Below are positions 31,909-41,719 of a stretch of 64,000 nucleotides of DNA, piece after piece. Every line of letters starts with the position of its first letter. Position 1 is the stretch's first letter. This stretch comes from a virus: the IMG/VR virus record IMGVR_UViG_3300037071_003688; one strand, 5' to 3'. The notes under the pieces were generated by a model that ran no database searches, was not told where the DNA came from, and saw only the letters and a program-made list of their open reading frames with translations. Both the position numbers and the translations under genes were made by a program.

Positions 31909-32397
31909 GTGAGCAAGGTCGTCAGCCAGTGTGTGTACTGCGGTGCTCCTCTCACCGCGGAGACGCTCACGGTCGACCACGTGATCCCGCGCTGCCGTGG
32001 CGGCAGCAACGAAGCCGCCAACAAGGCACCGGCCTGCGCCGACTGCAACCAGGAGAAGGGACCGTTGACGGCCCGCGAGTACCTGTCAGCGCGTGGCAAC
32101 AAAGGCGAACTCAAGGCGATGATCCGGCAGGCCAGCCGCGAGTTGATCTCCACGATGGACTTCGCCCTGGCGACCGTCGCCGCCAAGAAACGCCCCAAGA
32201 TGCTGTCGAGCGCGGACGCTCTGCGGTTGCGCGCCGAAGCCGCCCGCCGCTTCGAGGAACACCGCGAGCACGAGAAGGTCAGATGGGCCGTCGAGCAGCG
32301 AGCACGGGAACGTAGCCGCGTGTTCCAAGAACTGGCGGAGGCCGCTGAACAGGCACGCGCGCGAGCCAGGGCCGAAGGCCGGGCGGCAGGCACGTGA
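31909..32397 (+). CDS. HNH endonuclease
   Basis: CVYCG...TVDHVIPRCRGGSN...N..PACADCNQEKG. Confidence 0.9.
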   Translation: MSKVVSQCVYCGAPLTAETLTVDHVIPRCRGGSNEAANKAPACADCNQEKGPLTAREYLSARGNKGELKAMIRQASRELISTMDFALATVAAKKRPKMLSSADALRLRAEAARRFEEHREHEKVRWAVEQRARERSRVFQELAEAAEQARARARAEGRAAGT

Positions 32398-33120
32398 TGA
32401 AGATCACCGATAGCCCGCATCGGCCCGGCACCCCCGAGCACGACCAGTGGGTGCGTCGCGTGTTCATCCCGACCGTCGCGCCCGAGCGGATGATCACGGA
32501 CGGAGCGAAGTACGGGGCCGAGTCGCTCGGCGTTAAGCGAATCAACGGCTACAACGCCGACCTGTACGACCGGCTGGTCGCCCAGGCGAAAGCGATCGGC
32601 TCCGCGTTCCGCGCTCTCGGCGACGCCGCCCACGACGCGGCCCAATCGTTCCACGCGACCGTGACGGTCCACTTCCCGGACTGGCTGCGCGACTACCTCG
32701 GCGACGACGAACTGCAACGGATCTGCCGCGAGGACCATCTCGAAGACGCCCACGCCTGGTCCTACTATCAACTGACGAAGACACCGAGCCGGGCCGTGCG
32801 ACGCGACCGCCAGCTTGATCACAAGCCACTCTTGACGCCGCAACCCGAGTGCCCGCGCCACGGAGGCCCGGCCTACAAGTGCCGCCCGTGTCTGAGGAGC
32901 AGCCATGCCCGGCGATGACGGCCCTCCGAACTGGGACGACCCGAACTTCTGCGCCTACCACATGGCGGTCGAGGAGCCTGGCACCATCCGTTGCGGCGAA
33001 TGCTGGCACCAGTGGCCCGACGAAGCCGCCGTCGAACGCGACGTGCTCGAACTCTGGGGCGACACCATGACGTGGGATCAGATCTTCTCGTGCCCGTGGT
33101 GTTCTCACGACTTCTAGTCT

Positions 33121-33160
33121 GCGAACTATGTTGACAACCCTGGACGGACGGTCGTAGAAT
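33121..33160 (+). promoter_or_regulatory. class I promoter
   Basis: TTGACA-18-TAGAAT. Confidence 0.8.
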
Positions 33161-33193
33161 CCTCTTGTAACCACCACACAAGAGGAGACCACC

Positions 33194-33496
33194 ATCGACG
33201 GGCTATTCGATGCCCTGCTCCCGGTACCGCCGCTCCCGAGGCGACACATGCCGTTGGGGCCGCTACTGCGCAGGTTCGGCGACAACACCGACGCGCTCGC
33301 CAAGGCCGCAGGCGTCTCGCAACGCACCGTGCAACGCTGGTGCCGCGAGGGTCTGCCGTACATCAAAGCCGACCGTGTCTGTTGCAAGGTGAACGAGATC
33401 CCACCCCACGTCTGGCTCGACTGGGACCTCAATGACGCTGAGATCGCCGCCGCCGCGGCGTTCGTCATCCGCCTCCTCGTCGTGCAACTCTCTTGA
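33194..33496 (+). CDS. HTH DNA-binding protein (Cro/XRE-like)
   Basis: LAKAAGVSQRTVQRWCREG HTH. The RBS GAGGAG points to an in-frame ATC at 33194; first ATG is at 33248. Confidence 0.7.
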   Translation: MDGLFDALLPVPPLPRRHMPLGPLLRRFGDNTDALAKAAGVSQRTVQRWCREGLPYIKADRVCCKVNEIPPHVWLDWDLNDAEIAAAAAFVIRLLVVQLS

Positions 33497-33522
33497 CAAA
33501 CCGTGGACCATGTGCGCATAAT
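33483..33522 (+). promoter_or_regulatory. class I promoter
   Basis: TTGACA-18-CATAAT. Confidence 0.85.
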
Positions 33523-34536
33523 GATGGTGGACATGGAGACCACCGGACTGTGAAGCTCAAGCGGATGTCGACCTCGACGTACGAGACCGCCGAGTACGAG
33601 GGCTTCTACGAGGGGCGTCGAGTGCGGATCACCCGGCTCACCGACCCCAACGATGACGGCGGCTCCCCCGAGACCCGCTGGGACGGCTTCGTGTGGGACG
33701 AGGCAGGCAGAGGCCACTGGTCGCTCGTCGCCGAGTGCTATCGCACGATGACCGAAGCGGTGTACGAGACGCAACGCTGGATCAAGAAAGCGGTCGGGCT
33801 GACATGATGCTCGGCGAACGCGAGCGGCTCGTCCGCAAGGCCCGCACCGCCCACGTCTGCGACTTGGGCCACGAGTGCGTGATCGCCCCCGGCGACTCGT
33901 ACTTCATCGGCGTCACCCTGCCCGGCTCGGCGAGCTACGCCGAGGGCGACGGGAACTACGAGATCATCGACTGGCCGTTCACCGTGATGAAAGCCTGCGT
34001 CGAGCACTACAACATGGCAATGGCAGGACAACTGTGACCCACGATCTCGGATCTATGACACCCTCCGAGGCGAAGGCCACCGGCCTGCTGGTCGACTGGA
34101 AGGCGCTCAACGCCAAGCCACCCCCGCCCGGCCCGATGCACGACGAGGAAGGAAACCCATTGGAAACCACCACCCCCTGGCGCGAGATCGACGGCAAGCT
34201 GCTTGCCGCCGGACTCCACGAAGCGTTCGGCACGACCGGCGAGGTCGAGACCACCGACATCAACCCGGAGTTCGTAGAGACCCTCGCCGAGTACCTCGAT
34301 GAGGCCGATCTCATGTGCGACCATTCGGTCGGGATCTGTTGCTGCTCGGCGCGCTACACCCTCGAAGCACTCAACCTGTGGCTCGCCGGTCGTGTGTTCT
34401 GCTCGGCCTGCGGCGGCGAGGGGATCGGCGACATGCGCGAGGAACACATCGTGGATGAGGCGCTCGGGATCGACTTCACCGATCACATCGTGCTGCCGTG
34501 CTCCACGTGCGAGGGCAAGGGCACGGTGCCGTCACC

Positions 34537-35517
34537 ATGAGCCGCTTGCCGATCACGGCGCTCGACACTCAACTCGATCTGTTGCGCCACTACACGAAGA
34601 ACGAGTACGGCCGTCTCTACGCCGACTCGGTGGTCGACGCCGCCCTGTACGGCGGCGGCTCCCCCGGCCAGTTCACCGAACGGGCGGGGGTCATCCATCG
34701 CGAGGAGATCGGCTACTACGTTCACCGGGCGATCCTGACCGGCGACACGTACGCGATCACGAGCGACATTGTCGACGTGCTCGAACAGATGTCACCATCG
34801 CTGCCGCGGTTCATCCTCCACGAGGACGACCTGCCGACCCCCCACGGGTTCGTGTGGCTCGAACAGTCAATCGTCGTCCCTGACGTCAAGGGCAGGAACC
34901 TCGTCGTGCGAGCGTTCGGGTGGAACACCGCTGACGTCACCTTCACCGACCCGACGTCACCCGACGAAGGCGAACGTGACCGCGCGGCGCTGATGCTCGC
35001 CTGGACCGATCCCCGCGATCCCCGCGACCACGCCTACACCGACTGGAAGGGCACCGCCGACGACCCGGACCGGTCGATCCTCGAAGCACCATCGGGTCTG
35101 CTGTCGATGTTGTGCGGGGTGTGGCCGCTGAACAAGGAATGGGATCGTGACGCAAACGCCGCCGGGATCGGCCCGTTCTGGCTGACGTTCCTGCGGTTCC
35201 TCGCGACGCCGTGGATCGCGACGGATCCGTACACACCGGAACGCCACCAGGGCAAGCGGGCGCTGCGCCAACTCGAACACGTCCCGAAGATCAACGTCGT
35301 CCAACTCCGCCGCCGCCGCGAGACCCCGGCGTCGTCGGAGCCGGGCACGATCGGCAACGTCGACTGGTCACACCGCTGGATCGTCAGCCCGCACTGGCGT
35401 GACCAGTGGTACCCGTCGCTGAACTGCCACAAGCCGATCCTCATCGCCGAGTACATCAAGGGTCCCGAGCATCTGCCGCTGGTCGTCAACGACCGGGTGT
35501 TCTCGGTCGAACGATGA
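34537..35517 (+). CDS. conserved phage protein with RWIVSPHWRDQWYP...YIKGP motif
   Basis: 326-aa ORF; C-terminal motif related to 14215-15090. Confidence 0.7.
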   Translation: MSRLPITALDTQLDLLRHYTKNEYGRLYADSVVDAALYGGGSPGQFTERAGVIHREEIGYYVHRAILTGDTYAITSDIVDVLEQMSPSLPRFILHEDDLPTPHGFVWLEQSIVVPDVKGRNLVVRAFGWNTADVTFTDPTSPDEGERDRAALMLAWTDPRDPRDHAYTDWKGTADDPDRSILEAPSGLLSMLCGVWPLNKEWDRDANAAGIGPFWLTFLRFLATPWIATDPYTPERHQGKRALRQLEHVPKINVVQLRRRRETPASSEPGTIGNVDWSHRWIVSPHWRDQWYPSLNCHKPILIAEYIKGPEHLPLVVNDRVFSVER

Positions 35518-35768
35518 CGCAGATCGAGCGACCGGGACAAGACAAACCCAAACGGAAACGGCTGGTCGAGGAACCCGTCGACGTGCCATTCGGTCTCCTC
35601 GCGTTCATGGTCGGCGGCTCGGTCGGCGGCTTCCTGCAATGGGCCGGGTTCGGTCTCATCGGGTCGCTGGTGCGCATCGCCGGGTTCGCATCGCTCGCCT
35701 GGTACGTCTACATCAAAGTTCAGAAAGATTAGGGTTGCGTTTCGCCGCGAGGAGGAGTAGCTTCACAA

Positions 35769-35875
35769 CTCCCAAGCGGACACCAGGTCCCGAGTCAGAC
35801 CCCTTCGGGGGCGAGACAGAGGAACGAGGACTGTGCGGGAGATCGGACCCGGCTTCGGCCGGGTCCTTTCGCGTT
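35769..35875 (+). ncRNA. candidate stand-alone small RNA
   Basis: Promoter TTGCGT-17-TAGCTT (35735-35763); nested stems CTCCC/GGGAG, GTCC/GGAC, CCCC-TTCG-GGGG; ends at an intrinsic terminator. Confidence 0.55.
35845..35875 (+). terminator. intrinsic terminator
   Basis: GGACCCGGC-TTCG-GCCGGGTCC followed by TTTCGCGTT. Confidence 0.75.
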
Positions 35876-37359
35876 CCGGCTTGAATGTCGCCGCCTCGGA
35901 CTACGGTTACGCCATGACTGTGAGCGTCACTGTCCGCATGTCCACACCGCCGACCCCGAGCCGTCTCTGCCAAGCACAGACGTTCATGACGGGCGTGAAC
36001 GCGTGGGGTGATCGCCCCGCCATCGAGGCGCACCACGCGCCGTGTCGGGCCGGGGCGAGCGCCTGGGTCACCGAGGTCGACTACTGCTGGGGTCACATGC
36101 CTGCCGAATGGCGGATCGTCGCCGAGCGACGCCACGAACTGTGGGCCGAGCACGCCCCCCAACTGTGGGCCGAGATCTGCATCGAGATCCCCGGGCCATG
36201 AACGAACTCGTCAACGACCGCCTGGAAACGGTCCGCCGCTACGAGGTGCGCACGACCTGCGACCGCTGCAAGGCGGTGATCCAGCCCCCGAGATCGGGCG
36301 ACTTCGACACGACCACCATCGTCAACGAGTCCGGCTCCTCGTACGAGGACTTCTACGACTCCCAGTTGGAGGGCGTCGACTGCTGCGTCGACTGCTGGGA
36401 GTTGGTCCGCGCCGCGCTCGTGGAACTCGGCTTCACCATCCGCGCTTGGGAGCACGATCGCGAGACCCGCGCCACGTACAGCGTCGACGGTCGACCGCAC
36501 ACGTTCGAGGCTGTCGAGTGATCGACATCGAGGCGCTCGCCGCCGAGCCGCCGTTGCTCGATGAGATCGAGTTCACGAAGCTCTGCGAGGAAGCCCTCAC
36601 CGCATTCCGCTCCGACCGCTCCTGGCCGACCGACGTCCCGTACCCGGGCTGCCACACCATAATCCTCGGCCCCGCCGGTGTGTACGGCTTCCCAGTGTGG
36701 TCTGAGGGCCGCTACAGCGACCTGTCGTTACGCGAGGCCCGGATGATGGCCCGCATCCTCCACGAGCGCCTGGGACTCATCTACGACCCACAGAGCCGTG
36801 ATCCCGGGTGGGCAGAGGTCGCCACCGGCCGCTTCCTGGTCAACTCGGTCAACGCCGAGGTCGTCCCCTGCCCGTACCCACGATGACTGAGTCGAAGTGG
36901 ATCACCATCGAGCACCGAGGAACCTCGGCGTCCGGCAAGACCGACGTGTGGACCGTGCGCCCCAACGAGGCCGACGAAGTGATCGGCGTGATCTCGTGGT
37001 TCGGCCGCTGGCGCCGCTACGCGTTCTTCCCGGCCAACAACACCGTGTTCGAGCAGGACTGCCTGCGCGACATCGCCAACTTCTGCGAGCACGCAACCAA
37101 GGCCAGAATGTCACCCCCTCCTGTCAAGATGACCACATGATCGAGTTCGACGCCGACCCCGTGATGCTGTCCACCATCGTCATCGGCGAGATCGGGCAAC
37201 GCCTCGACCACGCCGACACCCCGTCGCTCTGGGTGCTCGTGCCATCAGGATCCGCCGTGGCGCACGTGCTCCTGATCCGCGAGTTGCTCCCCAAGCTGGG
37301 CTTCAAGGTGAACGTCGGCTACCACGACGACGGAGTGCCGAAGGTCTACGTGGTAGCCG

Positions 37360-38115
37360 ATGGGTGACAAGACGAAGATCGAATGGAGCGACGCGACTTG
37401 GAACCCGACGAGTGGCTGCGACCGGGTGTCGGAGGGCTGCGACCATTGCTACGCGATGACCCAAGCCGTCCGCTTGAAAGCGATGGGATCCGCCAACTAC
37501 CAGAACGACGGCGACCCACGCACCTCGGGTCCCGGCTTCCGCCTCACCGAACACCCGCACATGCTCGGCCTGCCGCTGCACTGGAAACGGCCACGCCGGA
37601 TCTTCGTCAACTCGATGTCGGACCTGTTCCACCCGGACGTCTCCAACCAGTTCATCGGCGAGGTGTGGCGCACCATGTCGACCGCGCAGCAACACATCTT
37701 CCAGATCCTCACGAAACGCCCGCGGCGGATGGCGCGCTGGGTCAACGCTTGGTACGACGGCCACCCGCCATTGCCGAACGTGTGGTTGGGCACGTCGATC
37801 GAACTCGACAAGTACAGCTTCCGCACGACGTGGCTGCGCGCCGCCCCGGCGGCAGTCCGCTTCATCTCCGCCGAGCCGCTGCTCGGCCCACTCCCATCGC
37901 TCGACCTGACCGGCATCGACTGGCTGATCGTCGGCGCCGAGAGCGGCCACGGTGCCCGACGCATGTCCGACGAATGGGCGCGCGACCTGCGCGGCATGTG
38001 CGAGCGGGCGGGGACGGCGTTCTTCGTGAAGCAACTGTCCGGGGTCGCCCCACACGCCGTCAAGGACATCGACCTGTTCCCCGGCGACCTGCGCGTCCGC
38101 GAGTACCCGTCGTGA
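37360..38115 (+). CDS. DUF5131 (phage Gp37/Gp68) protein
   Basis: TKIEWSDATWNPTSGCDRVSEGCDHCYA, IFVNSMSDLFH, FQILTKRP, NVWLGTSIE, RFISAEPLLG, WLIVGAESG. Confidence 0.92.
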   Translation: MGDKTKIEWSDATWNPTSGCDRVSEGCDHCYAMTQAVRLKAMGSANYQNDGDPRTSGPGFRLTEHPHMLGLPLHWKRPRRIFVNSMSDLFHPDVSNQFIGEVWRTMSTAQQHIFQILTKRPRRMARWVNAWYDGHPPLPNVWLGTSIELDKYSFRTTWLRAAPAAVRFISAEPLLGPLPSLDLTGIDWLIVGAESGHGARRMSDEWARDLRGMCERAGTAFFVKQLSGVAPHAVKDIDLFPGDLRVREYPS

Positions 38116-38861
38116 CGTTCCGGGCCGGGATGCTCGTGCTCGTCTGCGCCATCGTGCTCGTGCTCGTCGCCGTGCGCTCGGCGTGGGAGGGCTACCTCGT
38201 GACTGCTGTCGTGCTGGTCGGCATCGCGCTCGCCGCCGCGGTATCCGTCGCCGTGACCGTGCTGAAAGGGAGAGATTGGTGAACGCACCCGTACACATCC
38301 GATGGACCGGCCGCATCGCGGGATACCTCTGCGACTTCAACCATCCGATCGAACACGGCGACCGCGTGATCACGTGGCCGCACACACACGACGACTACGC
38401 GACGTTCCGCCACGAAGCTCGTGGCCGAATCTCGATCGGCGCCCACCCGTCGCTCAGGCTCCCCTGGAACGAAGCGGTCGTCCACTACGACCGCCTGCCG
38501 ACCCTGGCCCGCCACATCCAGATCGGCGAGGACCAGTTCGGCATCTGGATCGCCGGGCGCGTCAACCTGTGGAACTGGATGTGGCACTACCACTTCAAGC
38601 AACCCGACCTGTCCCCCGACTGGCGACAACTCGGAGGCCACCTCGATCTCGTCGCGATCCTCGCCATCGCCAAACCCAAGCCCGTGTTCGCAGGGAGCCA
38701 CCGATGAACCTTGTCGATGTCCGGTGGCGTCTGTGGCGCCCGTTCTGCTGGCATCCGCTGCGGCGGCAGATCTCGATCAACTTCGAGGGCGCGCGCTCGA
38801 CCGGCTGCCAACGATGCGGCCTGTGGCTACGCCGCGACGGCACATGGGCAGAGACTGACCG

Positions 38862-39398
38862 ATGAACATGCTCGTGATCCGCGACGCCGATGGGATCGAC
38901 CATCGACGCGACCCGCACAGTGTCAGCGGCTACAACTCGTGGCGGTTCCCCGAGATCATCAACGAGTTGGACAAGCTCTACGGCCGCAAGATCATGTCGG
39001 CGCGCATGGACGGCCAGGACCCGTTCTGGACCCGGCCCGAGAACATGGACGCCAAGATCGAGGCGATGCTGCGCTACCAGTTCGAGAAGGAACGCCTCGA
39101 CCGGGTGGTCGCCGCCCTGCCCGAGCTACAGGCCCGCTGCGCCCTGTGGCGCACCGACAAGGACAAGGCGTCATGGGTGCCGCCCACCTCGATCAACGTC
39201 GCCTACAAAGCCTGGGAGGAGAGCGGCGAGTTCGGGCGCGCCGTGCTCGCCATCGAAGAACACCGCGAGGGCCGCGGCGACCCGTTCCAAGAGGCCGCGC
39301 AAACCGTGCTTGTGCTGCTCACCTGGTTCGGGATCCACCATCCCGACCGCGACCTGTTGACCGAAGTCCTCAACGAGATGGAAAGGTGCGGAGCATGA
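38862..39398 (+). CDS. hypothetical protein
   Basis: 178-aa coupled ORF; C-terminal EESGE...EAAQ resembles MazG-like helices (weak). Confidence 0.5.
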   Translation: MNMLVIRDADGIDHRRDPHSVSGYNSWRFPEIINELDKLYGRKIMSARMDGQDPFWTRPENMDAKIEAMLRYQFEKERLDRVVAALPELQARCALWRTDKDKASWVPPTSINVAYKAWEESGEFGRAVLAIEEHREGRGDPFQEAAQTVLVLLTWFGIHHPDRDLLTEVLNEMERCGA

Positions 39399-40206
39399 GC
39401 AGCCGGTCCGACCGACAATCGTTACTGCGCGACGGCGAGCGGCTGATGCGCTGGAAGATGGAAGCGATGGAGGTACTCGGCCGCTGGGAGCTAGTCGCCG
39501 CCAAAGTCCCCAAGGACTACATCCGGCTCGGCGAGAACAAGTCCGAAGGAACCGGCCGATACATCGAGCACCTCGAAGCCCGCATCGCCGAGTTGGAAGC
39601 GATCCCGCCGCACCCCGCGTTCCTGGCGTACGTGATCACCGACCCGTCCAAGGGTGGAGGAGTCATCGTCAAGACCGAGACCGGCTGGGTTCACGTCGGC
39701 CCCGAACCGCCCGTCCCGATCGACGCCAAGTGGGGCGACAAAGCATGGGAGCACTTCCGTGACATCGGCCCCCTCGGTCAGAGCGAGACACCATGAGTGC
39801 ACGCGACGACTACCCGCTGCTCGCCGCCCGCGAGACCGTCATCCGGTTCGGCATGGAGCAGACCGCCGAACAGTTGACCAGGGCGCTCGATGAGATCGAC
39901 CGGCTCCGCGCCGAGTGCGCTGCGTGGATGAACGGTGTCGCCGACGCCGTCGAACCGATCGGCTACAACCGCGAAGCCGCGTGCGGTCCCTCCGACCTAC
40001 TCCCCGGGCTGCAAGATCTGACTAGGTCCCCGTACCACGAACGCAAGACGTTCGACCGGTTCAAGTACGCCGAGGAACTCGTCCACTACACCCTCGACCA
40101 ACAGGATGTCACCGAGTGGCGGATCTCCCGCGACCCGGACGAGACCTACGAGGAGGACGGCGAAACCTACACCCGTCCGGTGTACGTCGTGGAGTGGACT
40201 CGGTAG

Positions 40207-40833
40207 ATGATCTGGTTCACCTCCGACTGGCATCTCGGCCACGGTCGTATCTGCGAACTCGCCAACCGGCCGTTCGATGACACGCGCACCATGAACCACT
40301 GGCTGATCGAATCAGCGAACCGCGACACACACCCGCTGGACACGCTCATCTTCCTCGGTGACGCGGCGATGGGCACGATGGCCGAGACCCTCCCGTTGTT
40401 CAAGCAGGTCCACTGCCGCCTGGTGTTGAAGCCCGGCAACCATGACCGCTGCTCACCGCTGTACGAGGGCTACACCGGCAAACCCCCGGAGAAGGTCGCC
40501 GCGCTCGTCGCCGAGTGGACCGCCCGCTACGAGGAAGTCGGCTTCGAGGTCACCGACCACAACTCGTTCTCGAACAACGACTACGACGTGTGGATGTCAC
40601 ACTTCCCGTACGAAGGCGACAGGACTGCGGAGGATCGGTTCGTCGCGGCGCGCCCGAAGGACAAGGGCGAGTGGTTGCTGCACGGCCACACTCACGGCCT
40701 GTGGCGCCAACGCGGCAAGCAGATCGACGTCGGTGTCGACGCCTGGGCCGGACGGCTCGTCTCACAGAACATGATCGCCGGAATGATCCACGCCGGTCCC
40801 GGCCTCCTCGACGCGCTCCCGTGGGCAGCATGA
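40207..40833 (+). CDS. calcineurin-like metallophosphoesterase
   Basis: WFTSDWHLGH, FLGD, GNHD, SHFP, LHGHTH, DVGVDAW. Confidence 0.92.
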   Translation: MIWFTSDWHLGHGRICELANRPFDDTRTMNHWLIESANRDTHPLDTLIFLGDAAMGTMAETLPLFKQVHCRLVLKPGNHDRCSPLYEGYTGKPPEKVAALVAEWTARYEEVGFEVTDHNSFSNNDYDVWMSHFPYEGDRTAEDRFVAARPKDKGEWLLHGHTHGLWRQRGKQIDVGVDAWAGRLVSQNMIAGMIHAGPGLLDALPWAA

Positions 40834-41674
40834 ACCGCGGCCAAGTCGTGCTGCGCGTCGACGTGGGCGGTCCCCCGATCGAATACTTCGCCGACCAGGT
40901 CACTCGGGTCGTCGCCTACAACCCGTCGAGTCTCGACGCGTTCGAGTTCGTCAAGGACCCGGACGAGTACGTCTGGACGTTCGAGTCGGATGGTCGCGAC
41001 ATCTTCGTGGAGGAAGTCCTCGTCTACATCGACGGCACCGACCTGTTCACCCGCCACCCGGTGAACACCGAGTTCAACGCCCGGCTCACCATCGACCTGC
41101 GCACCCAAGGCGTCCACAAGGGCACGTCGCCCCGAGTCGATCGGATCAAGGGATGATCGAACGCATCAAGGTCGACGCCCTGCGCACAGTCCACCCGGGC
41201 GGACGCATCGAGATCACCCCGATCATCTTCGACGCGGACGGCGCAGCCGAGTGCTACGAACCGGCCACCGGCGGACCGCCATACGACCTCGGATACCTGG
41301 ACTACCTCATCAAGCTCAACCGCGACTGGGCCGACGCCCCGCCGTACACCGCCGACACCATCGCCTGGATGGAAGCATTGAGAGCGATGGTCGTGGATCA
41401 CCAAGCTGGTCGACTGTGAAGATCCGACTGACGTGGCCCGCCGAGCCACACACCCGCTACGCCCAGTCCGCATTCGACGCGCAGGTCGGCAAACTCATCA
41501 AGCTCAACGTCGAAGGCATCGACACACCGTTCCCCGCCATACTGCGAGCGGCGACTGTCGGCGAGAACGGCCACGCCGCCGAGTTCGAGTTCGAGATCGA
41601 AGACCCGGCCGCGTGCGTCGTGCTGTCCGCCTACGTCGCCACCGGCGCAGTCAACAACCTCTCCATCGTGAACG

Positions 41675-41713
41675 ATCAAGATAGTTGACAAACCGTAGAC
41701 CAGATGAGACAAT
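41675..41713 (+). promoter_or_regulatory. class I promoter
   Basis: TTGACA-17-GACAAT; ATGGAAACCACCAC start 6 nt downstream. Confidence 0.75.
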
Positions 41714-41719
41714 CAAGGC

